Assembly (NCBI RefSeq): GCF_030144855.1
Contig: NC_082727.1
Coordinates: forward strand, 41,912,001-41,976,000
Direction of reading: 5' to 3'
From: Hypanus sabinus
Lineage: Eukaryota
Length of the DNA: 64,000 nucleotides
A model generated the notes under the pieces. The model was not told the origin of the DNA. It was given only the letters and a program-made list of their open reading frames with translations, and did no database searches. Both the position numbers and the translations under genes were made by a program. This document shows positions 24,570-37,110 of this stretch, in pieces. Each line of letters begins with the position of its first letter. Position 1 is the first letter of the stretch.

Positions 24570-26175
24570 AGTGAAACCAAGCAACATACAGTAGGTGACA
24601 ACAAGACTTCACTCTCAGATGAGCTCAGTGCCTTTTATTCTCATGGTGACCATCAAGGCATAGAGGTACCTTCACAAACTTCAACACCCCTAGAGGATTT
24701 CAATCTCTGAGGCTGATGGAAGAGCATCTTTTAGGAGGGTGAAAGCATCCAGCCCATGGAATACCTGGCTAATTACTGAAGACTGTGCAGATCATGTGGC
24801 TGGAGTGTTCTTTAACCTCTCACTTCCACAGTCTGAAGTATGACCTGCTTCAGACAGGCTTCAATTATACTAGTACCTAGGAAGAAAGGGGCAACCTGCT
24901 TCAATGACTATTGTCCAGTAGCACTTACAGCCACTGTGATGAAGTAGATTGAGAGGTTGGTGATGAAACATATCATCACCTGACTGAGAAGCAGCTTGGA
25001 TCCATTCCTGTTTGCCTACCGGAGCAACAGGTCAACAGATGATACCATTTTATTGGCTCTTCAATCAACTGGAACATTTGGATAGAGAAGGTACATATAT
25101 CAGTATGCTCTTCATTGACAACAGCTCAGTATTTAATTCTAAAATCTCCTCAAAACTAATCAATAAGCTCAAAGACCTAGGCCTTGGTATCTCTTTATGC
25201 AACTGGATCCTTTATTTCCTTATTTGCAGCCCCCCAGTCAGTTTGGATTGGCAACAACATCTCTTTCACAACATTTCCTCAGCACAGGTGAACTTCAAGG
25301 CTGTGTACATACCCCTGTACTACTTGTTTTATACTTATGACTGTGAGGCTAAGCACAACTCCAATGCCATATTTTACTTTGCTGATGGCACTACTGTCAT
25401 TGGCCAAATCAGAGGCAATGGTGAATCAGCATTTAGGAAGGAGATTGAAAATATGGCTGAATGGTGCCACAGCAACAACCTTTCATTTAATGTCAGCAAG
25501 ACAACGGAGCTAATTATTGGATACAGAAGGAGGAAACGAGAGGTCCTTGAGCCAGTCCTCATATCAGAGGATCAGAATTGAAAAGAGTCAGCAATTTTTA
25601 ATTCCTTAGTGTAGTCATTTCAGTGGATCTCTCCTGGGTATGGCACATAAGTGTAATTACAAAGAAAACAAGGCAGTGCTATTTTCTCAAGAGTTTGCGA
25701 AGATTCTGCATGTCATCTCAAACTTTGACAAACTTCTGTGCATGTGTGGTGGAGAGTATATTGATTGGTTGCATCATGGCCTGATATGGAACCACCGACG
25801 CCCTTGATAGAAAAGCCTACAAAAAGTAGTGAATACAGACCTGCCCATCACGGACAACACTGATCCTACCATTGAGCGCAACTACCGGGGGTGCTGTTGC
25901 AAGCAATCAGCATTCATCATTAAGGATTTTCACCATCCACACCATGCTGTCTTCTCACTGCTGCCATTAGGAAGGAGGTACAGGAGCCTCAGGACCCTCA
26001 CCGCCAGGTTCAGGATCAGTTATTATTCCTTAATCAGCTGGCTCTTGAACCAGGGGATAATCTCACTCAGTCTCACTTACCTCAACACTGAACTGCTCCC
26101 TCAACCTATGAACTCATTTTCAAGGACTCTTCATCACATGTTCATGTTGTATATTACTTATTTATTATTATTCTA
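24570..26175 (+). mobile_element. Rex1/Babar-like LINE (RT region to 3' end), decayed
   Basis: Peptides [110 protein letters not shown]. Confidence 0.9.
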
Positions 26176-26199
26176 GTATTTTTATTGTTTCTTAGCTCA

Positions 26200-27478
26200 A
26201 GCTGGTTAAACCTGAGGTATCGGCATTGCCAAGAACACTCATTCCTCAATTGCTAGGAACTTTCGGGCTATTCTGGTGACGTTTAGTATTGTGGCTTTCT
26301 GGAGATTTACATACATATTGCTGTGTAGGCCTGATTATTTAATACTTTTGTGTAGTGACTTTGGGAAGATACCAGTTTTAAATATTACTATTGGGGCAAT
26401 GTTCATGTTCTATCATCTTTCAAATTCCTCTTTTAATTCAGTGTATTTCTGTGTTTGTCACTTAATAGTTTCAGTAAGTTGTGTGTGTTTGGAATGGCTA
26501 TATATATTATGTAAGTTGTTCTTGCTTATTTATCTGGTAATATTATATCCGGATAGCTATTATGAATTGTCGTATCTGTAATAATGGATTAGTCGTAACA
26601 TTATTTGTGGGACTCTGACTCTGAAACTGGATCAGGCTTGTATTTATAGTAAGATATGGTGACTTTTATGAGTTCATATTTTAAAGCAAGATTTTGCTGA
26701 ATGATGTTTGCCTCTTAATTGTACCTGAATAAGTAATCAGATTGAGTTAAACTGCTGCAGGATCCTGTAATGTGTTGGATTGTTTCTGCTTTCTCTTGGC
26801 GTCTTCTGCATCTATCATCTTGAATTTGTTGGTCTCTTATTATGTATTTTCAATATTTTTGTGTTAACCTCTGTTTCTGGGAAGACGTCTCCAATTCTGA
26901 GCGAAGCATTCGACACTTCCTTGTCAAGACCTTGTCTGCTCAGATCATGGTTTGTCTTCCATGGAGGGTCCTGCTCTTCCACTGGTTGACTTTTTCTTCT
27001 ATAGTGAAATTTCTTCACTTTTCTAGGTTAAGATTAGTGATGTGTCCTTCTTATCAGAATTGCATGTACTCACGTGGAGTGCTGAATCCTGTTTTCATTG
27101 ATGAAAATATACCCTTAGAAGTTTTATCGGACTTTTGTTTAATTCTTTGTAATGTCTGTTATTCCCCTTCTTTCTTCTGTCCTGGGTAGTATTAATCTAA
27201 GGGCATTCGAATGTGTACATTGTGTTTTCTAAAATTTGACATTTCAGTTCTTAATTTTCTTTGCAAATTTTCCAAATTGGTTTCAGATCAAGAAAATATG
27301 CCAGAAGAATATGTTAATATGGGTATGGCAAAAGTGTTTATTGCCCTTGTTATATTTTTACTATAGAGCTCGGTTTGGCAGATTTTCTTAAGCCTTCAAG
27401 TAAATTCTGTTGGAAGTTTTCCCTTTATCACACTATGGTCTATTTTCTTTACTTGTTGATATTCCAGATACTTATATA
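26200..27478 (-). mobile_element. R4/Dong-clade non-LTR element, C-terminal half (zinc knuckle and restriction-like endonuclease)
   Basis: Minus strand reads TYKYLEYQQ (~27480-27450); HDLSRQGLDKEVSNASLRIGDVFPETE; DRCRRRQEKAETIQHITGSC (~26815-26755); YPDIILPDK*ARTTYII..IAIPNTHN (~26560-26480); QKATILNVTRIARKFL. Confidence 0.75.
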
Positions 27479-28447
27479 AGACCATAAGATATAGGAACAG
27501 AAGTAGGCCATTTGGCCAATCAAGTCTGCTCTGCCATTCAATTCTGGGCTGATCCAATTTTTCCAGTCATCCCCACTCCCCTGCCTTCACCTCATACCCT
27601 TTGATGCCCTGGCTAATCGAGAACCCATCTATCTCTGCCTTAAATACACCCAATGACTTGGCTTCTACAGCCACTTGAGGCAACAAATTCCACAGATTTT
27701 CCACCCTCTGACTAAAGTAATTTCTCTACACCTCAATTCTAGAAGGACACTCTTCAAACCTGAAGTCGTGCCCTCTTGTCCTAGAATCCCCTACCATGGG
27801 AAATATCTTTGCCTTATCTAATCTGTTCAGGCCTTTTAACATTTGGAATGTTTCTATGAGATCCCCCCTCATTCTCCTGAACTCCAGGGAATATAGCTCA
27901 AGAGCTGCCTATTCCTCATACGGTAACCCTTTCATTCCTGGAATCATTCTTGTGAATCTTCTCTGAACCCTCCCCAATGTCAGTACATCCTATCTAAATT
28001 AAGAAGCCTAAAACTACACACAATACTCCAAGTGTGATCTCACAAGTGCCTTATAGAGCCTCAACATCACATCCCTGCTCTTATATTCTATACCTCTAGA
28101 AATGAATGCCAACATTGCATTCGCTACCTTCACAACCGACTCAACCTGGAGGTTAACCTTTAGCATATCTTGCACAAGGACACCCAAGTCCCTTTGCATC
28201 TCTGCATTTTGAATTCTCTCCCCATCTAACTAATAGTCTGCCTGTTTATTTCTTCCACCAAAGTGCATGACAATACATTTTCCAAAATTGTATTTCATTT
28301 GCCACTTCTTTGCCCATTCCCCTAAACTATCTAAGTCTTTCTGCAGGCTCTCTGTTTCCTCAACACTACCCACTCCTCCACCTATCTTTGTATCATTGGT
28401 AAATTTAGCCACAAATCAATTAATACTGTAGTCCAAATCATTGACAT
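27479..28447 (-). mobile_element. CR1 LINE 3' part inserted into the R4/Dong element
   Basis: ORFs AKFTNDTKIGGGV...WAKKWQMKYNFGKC and LVRSHLEYCV; tail accataagatatagg at 27481. Confidence 0.9.
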
Positions 28448-28690
28448 GTTTCATTGACAATTCATCCATTGGTTATATTGTGTCCTGTTGCTCTGCCTTA
28501 TATTCTACTAACTCTATTTCAGCTTTCTTCATGTTTAATGTTCTGCACTTTGCTAGTCCAAAGTTCATATTTATATCTTTAGAAAGTAGTTCTGTACTTG
28601 AATTAATTGTTTTTTCTCTGCTGCTGAAGGAGTGTATAATTTCAGATTGTCCATGTGTAGAAGGTGTGTCAAGGTATAATTTGTTTGGTT
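28448..28690 (-). mobile_element. R4/Dong-clade RT fragment, upstream part of the element at 26200-27478
   Basis: ORF 28473-28868 reads ELLSKDINMNFGLAKCRTLNMKKAEIELVEYKAEQQDTI*PMDE, an R4-type D(I)xMEFGLDKC motif that would lead into TYKYL on the far side of the CR1. Confidence 0.7.
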
Positions 28691-28799
28691 GGTTGTTTGA
28701 TTGTTTACTATTATTATTTTTTTTTTGTTTATTTAAATGTACTGTGAGCGCCTGCGAGGAAATGAATCTCCTTTTGAGGAAATTACTCACAGATAGATA

Positions 28800-29270
28800 G
28801 ACAGATGTGGAAGCCTTGGAAAGGGTACAGAGGAGATTTACCAGGATGCTGCCTGGTTTAGAGAGCACGCATTATGATCAGAGATTAAGGGAGCTAGGGC
28901 TTTACTCTTTGGAGAGAAGGAGGATGAGAGGAGACATGATAGAGGTATACAAAATATTAAGAGGAATAGGTAGAGTGAACAGCCAGCACCTCTTCCCCAG
29001 GGCACCACTGCTCAGTACGAGAGGACATGGGTTTAAGGTAAGGGGTGGGAAGTTCAAGGGGGATATTAGAGGAAGGTTTTTTTACTCAGAGAGTGGTTGG
29101 TACATGGAATGCGCTGCCTGAGTCAGTGGTGGAGGCAGTTACCCTAGTGAAATTTAAGAGACTACCAGACAGGTATATGGAGGAATTTAAGGTGGGGGGA
29201 TATATGGGAGGCAGGGTTTAAGGATCAGCACAGCCTGTACTGCGCTGTACTTTTCTATGTTCTATGTTCA
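28800..29270 (+). mobile_element. CR1 LINE 3' fragment (related to the copy at 1-955)
   Basis: ORF 28807-29121 EALERVQRRFTRMLPGLE...RRMRGDMIEVYKIL; tail ttctatgttctatgttc. Confidence 0.9.
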
Positions 29271-30400
29271 AAGGGGATGCAGTGGATGTTGTATATTTGG
29301 ACTTACAGAAGTCCTTTGACAAGGTGCCACACAAGGGGCTGCTTACCAAGTTAAGAGCCCATAGCATTACAGGAAGGTCACTGGCATAGCTAGAGCATTG
29401 GCTGATTGGTAGGAGGCAGTGAGTGGGAATAAAATGATCCTTTTCTGGTTGGCAGCCAGTGACTAGTGGTTTTCTGCAGGGGTTGGGGTTGGGACCACTT
29501 CTTTTTATGCTGTATATAAATGATTTAGATGATGGAATAGATGGCTTTGTTGCCAAGTTTGCAGATGATATGAAGATTGGTGGAGGGGCAGGTAGTGTTG
29601 AGGAAACAGGTAGGACTTAGATTAGGAGAATCGGCAAGAGACTGGCAAATGAGATACGATGTTGGAAAACAAATGTTTGTGCACTTTAGTAATAGAAATA
29701 AATGTGCAGACTATTTTCTAAACAGTGAGAAAGTCTAAAAATCTGAGATGCAATCGCACTTGGCAGTCCTTATGCAGAACACCCTGAAGGTTAACTTACA
29801 GGTAGAGTCAGTGGGGAGGAAAGCAAATGTAATGTTAGCATTCATTTCAAGAAGTCTAAAATACAAGAGCGGGGACGTGATGCTGAGGCCTCACCTTGAA
29901 TATCGTGTTCCCCATCTGAGAAAAAATGTGCTGGGATGATTCTGGGAATGAAAGGGTTATCATATGAGGGAAAATGGATTCCTCTGGGTCTCTGCTCACT
30001 GGAATTTAGAAGGATGAGCAGGGACCTCATTGAAACCTTTTGAATATTGAAAGGCCTTGACAGAGTAGATGTGAAAAGGATGTTTCCCGTGGTGGGGAAG
30101 TCTTGGCACAGCCTCAGGATAGAGGGGGATCCATATAAAACAGAGACGAGGAGATATTTTTTAAGCTTGACGGTGGTGAATTTGTGGAATTTATTACCTC
30201 AGGCAGCTGTGGAGGCCAGTTCGTTGGGTGTATTTAAGGCAGAGCTTGATTGGTTCTTGATTGGACTTGGCATCAAAGTTTACAGTGTGAAGGCTGGGGA
30301 GCAGTGCTGAGTAGGGGAAAATAGAATCAGCCATGTCTGAATTGCAGAGCAGACTCAAAGGGCCAAATGGCCTATTTCTGCTCTTACGTCCTATGGTCTT
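29271..30400 (+). mobile_element. CR1 LINE RT to 3' end
   Basis: YLDLQKSFDKVPH and KFADDMKIGGGA motifs, ORFs 29748 and 30047, and tail cctatttctgctcttacgtcctatggtcttatg. Confidence 0.9.
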
Positions 30401-31199
30401 ATGGAATCTCAGGTTTCATGGTGACATATGTATACTTTGATAATAAATTTATGTTAAAATTTGAACTGTGATCTCTGCAGCCATCAAAATTACATGTCAT
30501 TTGTTTTGGTAGCGTTGATCCATTTAGCATCATTATAATGCTACACTGTAGGTTGGAGGGAGTCATTGCTGTAAACAAAGGACATGGTCTATAAGAAAGT
30601 GCAGTAATCACTTCTACCATACTTCCAGTGGGGAGTGTGTGAAATGGTTTGCCTAGTGTGGGTTAGTCAGATTATAACATTAATCACACTGATTTGAAGC
30701 AAGCACAGTCATTTGGATCTTGCTGGTCTTTTATCACTTAGAGGCGAATATGCTTTCAAAAGCACAAAGAAACCCTTCCAGTTCTGTCTGGAGACACCAT
30801 AAATTATTTATTGCCTATTTACTGCTTTATTCCTTTTGGTTTGTGATTCTGCACATTTTGAGTGCTATTCCATCTGCTCTATTTCTGATGTATTCGGGGA
30901 GTGTTTTGGCTGCTGCACGAGGTTTTTTTTTGTTACCTGAAGCTTGAAGCAAGTTTTATGAAAGGAAAGAAGGGTTAGGCACGCTGTGAGACTCATCATC
31001 AATGATTTCAACCCTGCTGATGGCTCAGCAATGGCTCTTTCAGCAATGATCAGGACAGCCTCCTCGACCAGTTTCTCTCTATATCTCTATGACTCCATCA
31101 CATGCACTGGACAATTATATTTAGTCTGATGGTAGGCTAAAGTATGTGTTCTAACACAATCCATATTGACTGTCTTTGGCTCACCAACCAGATATGATA

Positions 31200-33405
31200 A
31201 CAGCCACAAAAATACAACTGCAGATGCTGTGGATCAAAGAATATGTACACAACGCTGGAAGAACTCAGCAGGTCAGGCAGCATCCGTGTGTAAAGAGTAG
31301 CCAACGTTTCGGGCCGAGACCCCTCATCAGGAATGGGGGGGAAGAGAGGGCCGAAGCCCAGTAATAGAGATAGGGGAGGGGGTAGGGCCTAGAGCTGCCA
31401 GGTGGAGAACCAATCAGAGGAAAGATAAAGGGGGAGGGGGAGGGGATAAGCATGAAAGAACTGTAGAGATAAAGAAGCAGAAAGTTGAAAGGGGAGAGAG
31501 GCAGAGAGGGACCTGGGATGGGGGAGGGGGAGGGAAATACTGGAAATTGGAGAATTCAATGTTCATACCACCAGGCTGGAGGTTACCCAGACAGTAGATG
31601 AGGTGTTGCTCCTCCAACCTGAGTTTGGCCTCATCATGGCAGTAGAGGAGGCCATGTATGGACATATCTAGATGGGAATGAGAGGCAGAGTTGAAGTGGG
31701 TGGCAACCAGGAGGTCCTGTCTATTGTGACGGACAGAGCAGAGGTGCTCGACGAAGCGGTCCCCCAATCTGCGTCAGGTCTCGCCGATGTAGAGGAGGCC
31801 GCACCGGGAGCACCGGATGCAATAGTCGACTCCAGCAGACTCGCAGGTGAAGTGTTGCCTGATGGAAGGACTGTCTGGGGCCCAGAATGGTGGTAAGGGG
31901 GGAGGTGTGGGGACAGGTGTAGCATTTGTGCTTGCAGGGATAAGTGCCAGGTGGGAGTTCTGTGGGGAGGGATGTGTGGACCAGGTGGTTGCGGAGGGAA
32001 TGATCCCTGCGAAAAGCTGAGAGGGGTAGGGAGGGAAAGACGTGCTTGGTGGAGGGGTCCTGTTGAAGGTGGCGTAAGTTGCGGAGGATAATGTGTTGGA
32101 TCCGGAGGCTGGTGGGGTGGTAGGTGAGGACAAGCGGAACCCTGTCCCTGTTGTGGTGACGGGAGGATGGGTTAAGAGCTGAAGTGCAGGAAGTGGAGGA
32201 GATGCGGGTGAGGGCATCTTTGATGATGCCAGAAGGGAAATCATGATCCTGAAAGAAAGAGGACATTTGAGATGTCCTAGAACAGAAAGCCTCATCCTGG
32301 GAGCAGATGCGGTGGAGACAGAGGAACTGGGAATAGGGAATGGCATTCTTGCATTGGGCAGGGTGGGAAGAAGTATCGTCAAGGTAGTTATGGGAGTCAG
32401 TGGGTTTGTAGAAGATGTCAGTGGATAGTCTGTCTTCAGAGATGGAGACCAAGAGATCAAGAAAGGGGAGAGAAGTGTCCCAGATGGACCAAGAGAATTT
32501 AAGGGCTGGGTGAAAGTTAGAAGCAAAGTTGATGAAATTGACGAGCTCAGCATGGGCGCAGGAAGCAGCACCAATGTAGTCATTAATGTAGCGGAGGAAA
32601 AGTTGGGGAGTGGTGCCAGTATAGATTTGGAGCATAGACTGTTCCACATAACCCACAAAGAGGCAGGCATAGCTGGGGCCCATGCCAGTGCCCATGGCTA
32701 CGCCCTCGATCTGGAGAAAGTGGGAAGAACCAAAGGAGAAGTTATTGAGAGTTAGAACAAGCTCCGCCAGCCGGAGGAGTGTGGTGGTGCTGGGGAACTG
32801 GTGGGGTCTGTTATCCAAAAAGTAGCGGAGGGCTTTGAGGCCTTCTTGATGTGGATAGAGGTGTATAAGGATTGAACATCCATGGTAGAAATGAAGCGGT
32901 CGGGGCCGGGGAATTGGAAGTTATTGAAGAGGTGAAGGGCATGGGATATATCCTGGATGTAGGTGTGTAGAATCTGAACTATGGGGGATAAAATGGAGTC
33001 CAGGTAGGCAGGCACAAGTTTGGTGGGGCAGGAGCAGGCTGAAACTATGGGTCTGCCGGGACAGTCAGGCTTGTGGATCTTGGGGAGGAGGTAAAACCGA
33101 GCTGAGCGGGGTGTGGGAATTTTGAGTTTCTTGGCTGAAGGAGGAAGGTGTCCGGAGTTGATGAGGGTGGAGATGGTGCAGGAGACAGTGGATTGATATT
33201 TTTTTGGTGGAGTCCTGTGGCAGGGGTAAGTACGAGGTGGTGTCGGAGAGCTGCCGTTTGGCCTCAGTGAGTTAGAGGTCCGTCTGCCAACTACTACAGC
33301 ACCACCTTTGTCTGCAGGTTTGATGGTGAGGTTGGGGTTAGTGCGGAGAGAGTGGAGGGCAGTGCGTTCAGAGGGAGTGAGGTTAGAATAGGAGAGAGGG
33401 GTGGT
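31200..33405 (-). mobile_element. Penelope-like element (RT, Cys-rich linker, GIY-YIG endonuclease, terminal repeat), frameshifted
   Basis: RT motifs GVAMGTGMGPSYACLFVGYVEQ...FLRYINDYIG...NFHPALKFSW; linker YPCKHKCYTCP; GIY-YIG YCIRCSRCGLLYIGET...RFVEHL...EEQHLIYCLGNLQPGGMNIEF; upstream FYLLPKIHKPDCPGRPIVSACSCPT. Confidence 0.95.
31298..31334 (-). ncRNA. Minimal type I hammerhead ribozyme motif (stem I degenerate)
   Basis: Minus strand reads ATTC-CTGATGA-G-GGG-TCTCGG-CCC-GAAAC-GTT-GGCT. Both conserved core boxes (CUGAUGA, GAAA) are intact. Confidence 0.7.
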
Positions 33406-33999
33406 GAACAGCCACAGTTTGGTCTATCATGTTATTGTTAATGGATGTGGCACAGGCCTTGGGCAGCCAACAGGTTCTCAGGAGACAAGTTGGTTATTAA
33501 GATGTTTCAATAACGTTGCATACTTAGGGCATTTTTCAGTCCTCCAGCTTTGCTGTGGTACAGCTGGGAGCGAAAGGGAGGTAAGGACACATACAGTAGA
33601 TGGAAAAGGTACTCATGGGCCTGCAGAAGGCGTGTACCCCTGACTATTCCCAGGCAAGCCCATTTCTTATGTCGTCACTGCAACTGAAACCTTGCCAAAA
33701 TCATGGTCCTCTTACACATTCTAACCCTCATCCTCATGAGATTATTGACCCCTTCCCTCTGATCATTGCCTTGTATTGATCAGGGGGGTGCTATAATTCA
33801 CCAGTTGCCCATCCCTTCTCTGCCCCAGTGATCACTGGTACCCCTTAATTAGTCACCCGTACAGTTACAGAAATCTCTGTCCACAGACACCCTGCAGGAT
33901 CACTGGGTCACTGTACCTCCATAACCAATGTCCTTTATAGCGATTGATCTCCCGATTGACTACTTGGTCAATGGTCACTGTCATCATTAAATCTTGTGA

Positions 34000-34135
34000 T
34001 CATTGTCCCTTAAACGACAAAGGCAGATACTCTTTCTAGTCTCCCTCCTCATCACCAACACTATCTCCCATCTCAGTGGTTTCCCAGCTGACTGTTGTCC
34101 AACCATAATTACCCTTTATCCTTACCACCCTCAGT
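34000..34135 (+). mobile_element. Penelope-like fragment
   Basis: cccttt/atccttaccaccc resembles the Penelope VPLVLTYHP region. Confidence 0.4.
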
Positions 34136-34249
34136 ACACCTCCCCTCCAATCTCATCGCAAGCAGCAGAGAGTCTGTGTGAACCACAGCTGCAGGCTGTT
34201 CTGGGGCAACCTTCCTCCTTAACAAAAGCCTCAGCCTTCTTATCATCCT

Positions 34250-34660
34250 GGTACCTAGTTGGAAAAGCATTTAAGATAAGTGAGGGGAGATCTTTCAGAG
34301 GTAAACAAAGTTCTGTGGTGTATAGATAGGGTGAACGCATGCAGACTTTTCCCCCTCAGGTTGAGTGAGACTAGAACTAGAGGCCATAGGCAAAAGATGA
34401 AATGAGAGATATTTAAGGGGAATTTGAGGAGGAGCAACTTCACACAGATGGTGGTGCCATTGGGGAGTGAGCTGCCAGCAGAAGTGGTAGATATGAGTTC
34501 AATTGTAACATTTAAGAGAAGTTTGGATAGGTATATGGATGAGAGGGTAATGGAGGGCTATGGTCATTGTGCACGTAGATGGGACAGGAAGTAGATGAGG
34601 CTGACACCAAATAGATGGGCCGAAGAACCTGTTTCTGTGCTGTAGTGCTCTATGACTCTA
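34250..34660 (+). mobile_element. CR1 LINE 3' fragment
   Basis: tttttcccctcagg...ctagaactagaggccatagg and tail ctgtgctgtagtgctctatgactcta. Confidence 0.8.
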
Positions 34661-36839
34661 TGAAATATAGATTACAAACCCCTCCCCATTAATTTCCATG
34701 AAATAAGTTGAAACTGAAGGTGTGGTGCAAAGCATCAAATAACAGATATTCCCACATGTTTTGTTGTGCTACAATATATCTTATTCTTCACTATAATTCA
34801 AAGACTGATTAAAAACTGTTTAAATACAGGGTACATACATAAATGTAAATATCTAGCTTTTCTTAACTCCCATTCCTCCAGCCCCACCCTGAGCTTCTAA
34901 TTGTAAGAACTAAAAGAAAATTGCAGAGCCAACATCAGTGTCAGCAACTCCTCACAGAGTGGTGGTTGTCATTTCTTGCAGCTTAAGGTAATCCCTCAGT
35001 CCTTCAGCGGTGTGCTTCTATTATTTGCATAGTTGGGGTTGAGTTCAGGGAGCATGGTACACTCAGAGAGAGTTGGAAGGATGATCAGCTATTATGTATG
35101 CCAAATTACGTCTAGTCCATTTTGCTCCTGGTTTTTTGCACATTATGCTCTGAACTTAGATGTTAAAGAGTTAAAGCTAAATATTATATAGTATTCAAGG
35201 GAAATTATTTCCGCAAGGGCATGGTTAAAACGTGGAACTCATTACTAAAGAAAATAGCCTAGAGGTACAGATGCTTTTAAGAGGAAGCTGAAAAAAACAA
35301 GTAAGAGAGAAGAGATTTGTTGATGTGGTGAGATGTGACTAGGAAGAAGACCAGGCTGTATTGGACTAGATGGGACAAAGGGCTGTTTCTGTTGTGTAGT
35401 GCTCTTTGACTTTATGATCATTAAATCATTCTCATAGTACGGCATTGGTGAAAATACATTTTATCCTTGTCTTAATTGGGTGTAAAAGATTCCAGAGCAT
35501 TATTTTGAAAACAAAAGGGTTGTTCTCAGTGTCTTGGCTAATAAATATCATTCATTAAAAATAGATCATCAGTTGTTCGTTATTGTTTTCTAGTTAGGAC
35601 AGTATAGGGGTGTTGTCATTCTCCCTAGCCCAAAGGATTTCACAGTATATTTGTCTTAATCTTACTTTGACCTCTGCTGTCCAATGATACTTCCTCTGAT
35701 GTAGCACTGATTTCAATTCTGGACAACAGTTATGGAATTGACAGCATATCCTTGATTGCCTGCTATTGGATAAAGTTAGACACCATGACTGAATCTCTCA
35801 ATTGTGAATAAGATTCCTTCATTATCAGAAAAGAAGTCATATCATTTTCAAATGGTGTAGACTATTTTTGTACATATAGGCTGAAAACAAATGTAAGAAA
35901 TTAAAGCCCCATGAAGTAGAAATGTCCAGACCAAAGCATTATATTAAAAACATTTACTCTATAAGAGTTATTAGAAATTTCATTGGTTAAAATTAAAGTG
36001 CTGGGTAGTTGTTTGCCAAGGTGAAGGATTGAAGGTTAAGGTGACCTATTGCCACTGAGAATTGATTCATAATATACTCTCAAAGAGCAGCCTCTCACCT
36101 GATAGGGACCATAGACATTATTCATGTTTGCCTATTTAACATGCACAGCCATTTTAATATGTACAGTGTATGTTTTGTTGTAGGAAAACACCAATATGAG
36201 GAAAGAATAGGTACTCTTGAGACAAGGAAATCTACCGCCGAGTTTTTATGCTTCAGAACTATTTTTGAGTGAGTGGTTTCATTTAGAGTTGTGGCTTCTA
36301 AAATTCAGAGCCCCAGCTGGGTGGATTTTATGGCAATTGGGCTGGATTGAAAAATAAATGTCTTCTTAATAGTCTGCACCTGCTGTTAGATCAGAATTAC
36401 CTTACTGTTTTTAGTCTAATCTTGCTCTTCATGTCAGGTGTTAACAATTTTGGAAAAGTTATTGTAGAAATAAGCAGAATGGCAGAGTGTTCACATTATG
36501 CTTAGAAAAGTAGCATACCTCTGGGAGGACTAGAATTTGCCATGGTTTGCCTGTAACACATTCTATCAGCAATGCTCCACAAAAATTGCATGCTTTTTTG
36601 TAAAATAAGATCCCTTTTAGTTTTATCAGAAGAAATAAAGAAGCAATGTAAGCTTTTGTAACTACAGCAGGAAAATAATTCTTAATTTGGCTGAAGGAAG
36701 GGAATGCCATTATTTATTTTAACCCAGTTAGGCTCAGTTTCTAAGATTATATCATACAGTGATCGACATACGAACATCACCATTAAATCTTTCTTTGCAC
36801 CTTTTAAAATACGAACTCAGTCAGGACTACTTAGACCAA

Positions 36840-37110
36840 CTTATTTAAGCCCATCAACCCTACGGGGCATAGACTGCTGACAGCAGCTCAGCAGAATCCT
36901 CTGTTCTGAGCCAGTCTTCCAAGTTGTCCTCAGGTGTAGCATATCTTCGAAGATCCTTCCTCTCACAGGGATGAGGTCTTTGGAACTTTCGTTGGTGTTT
37001 CTGTTGCTCCAGGTTTTTATGGGATAGGGTTGCTAGCCCCATGTCCAACCCTACTCTTTTTCACAGCTGCGCTACAGACGGTCCATGGTGGAGTTATTTG
37101 GACCAAGCCA
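36840..37110 (-). mobile_element. Short RTE-derived element
   Basis: RTE-like 3' end (ggggcatagactgctgacagcagctc) joined to a 5'-type segment (gggatagggttgctagccccatgtccaaccct). Confidence 0.5.
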
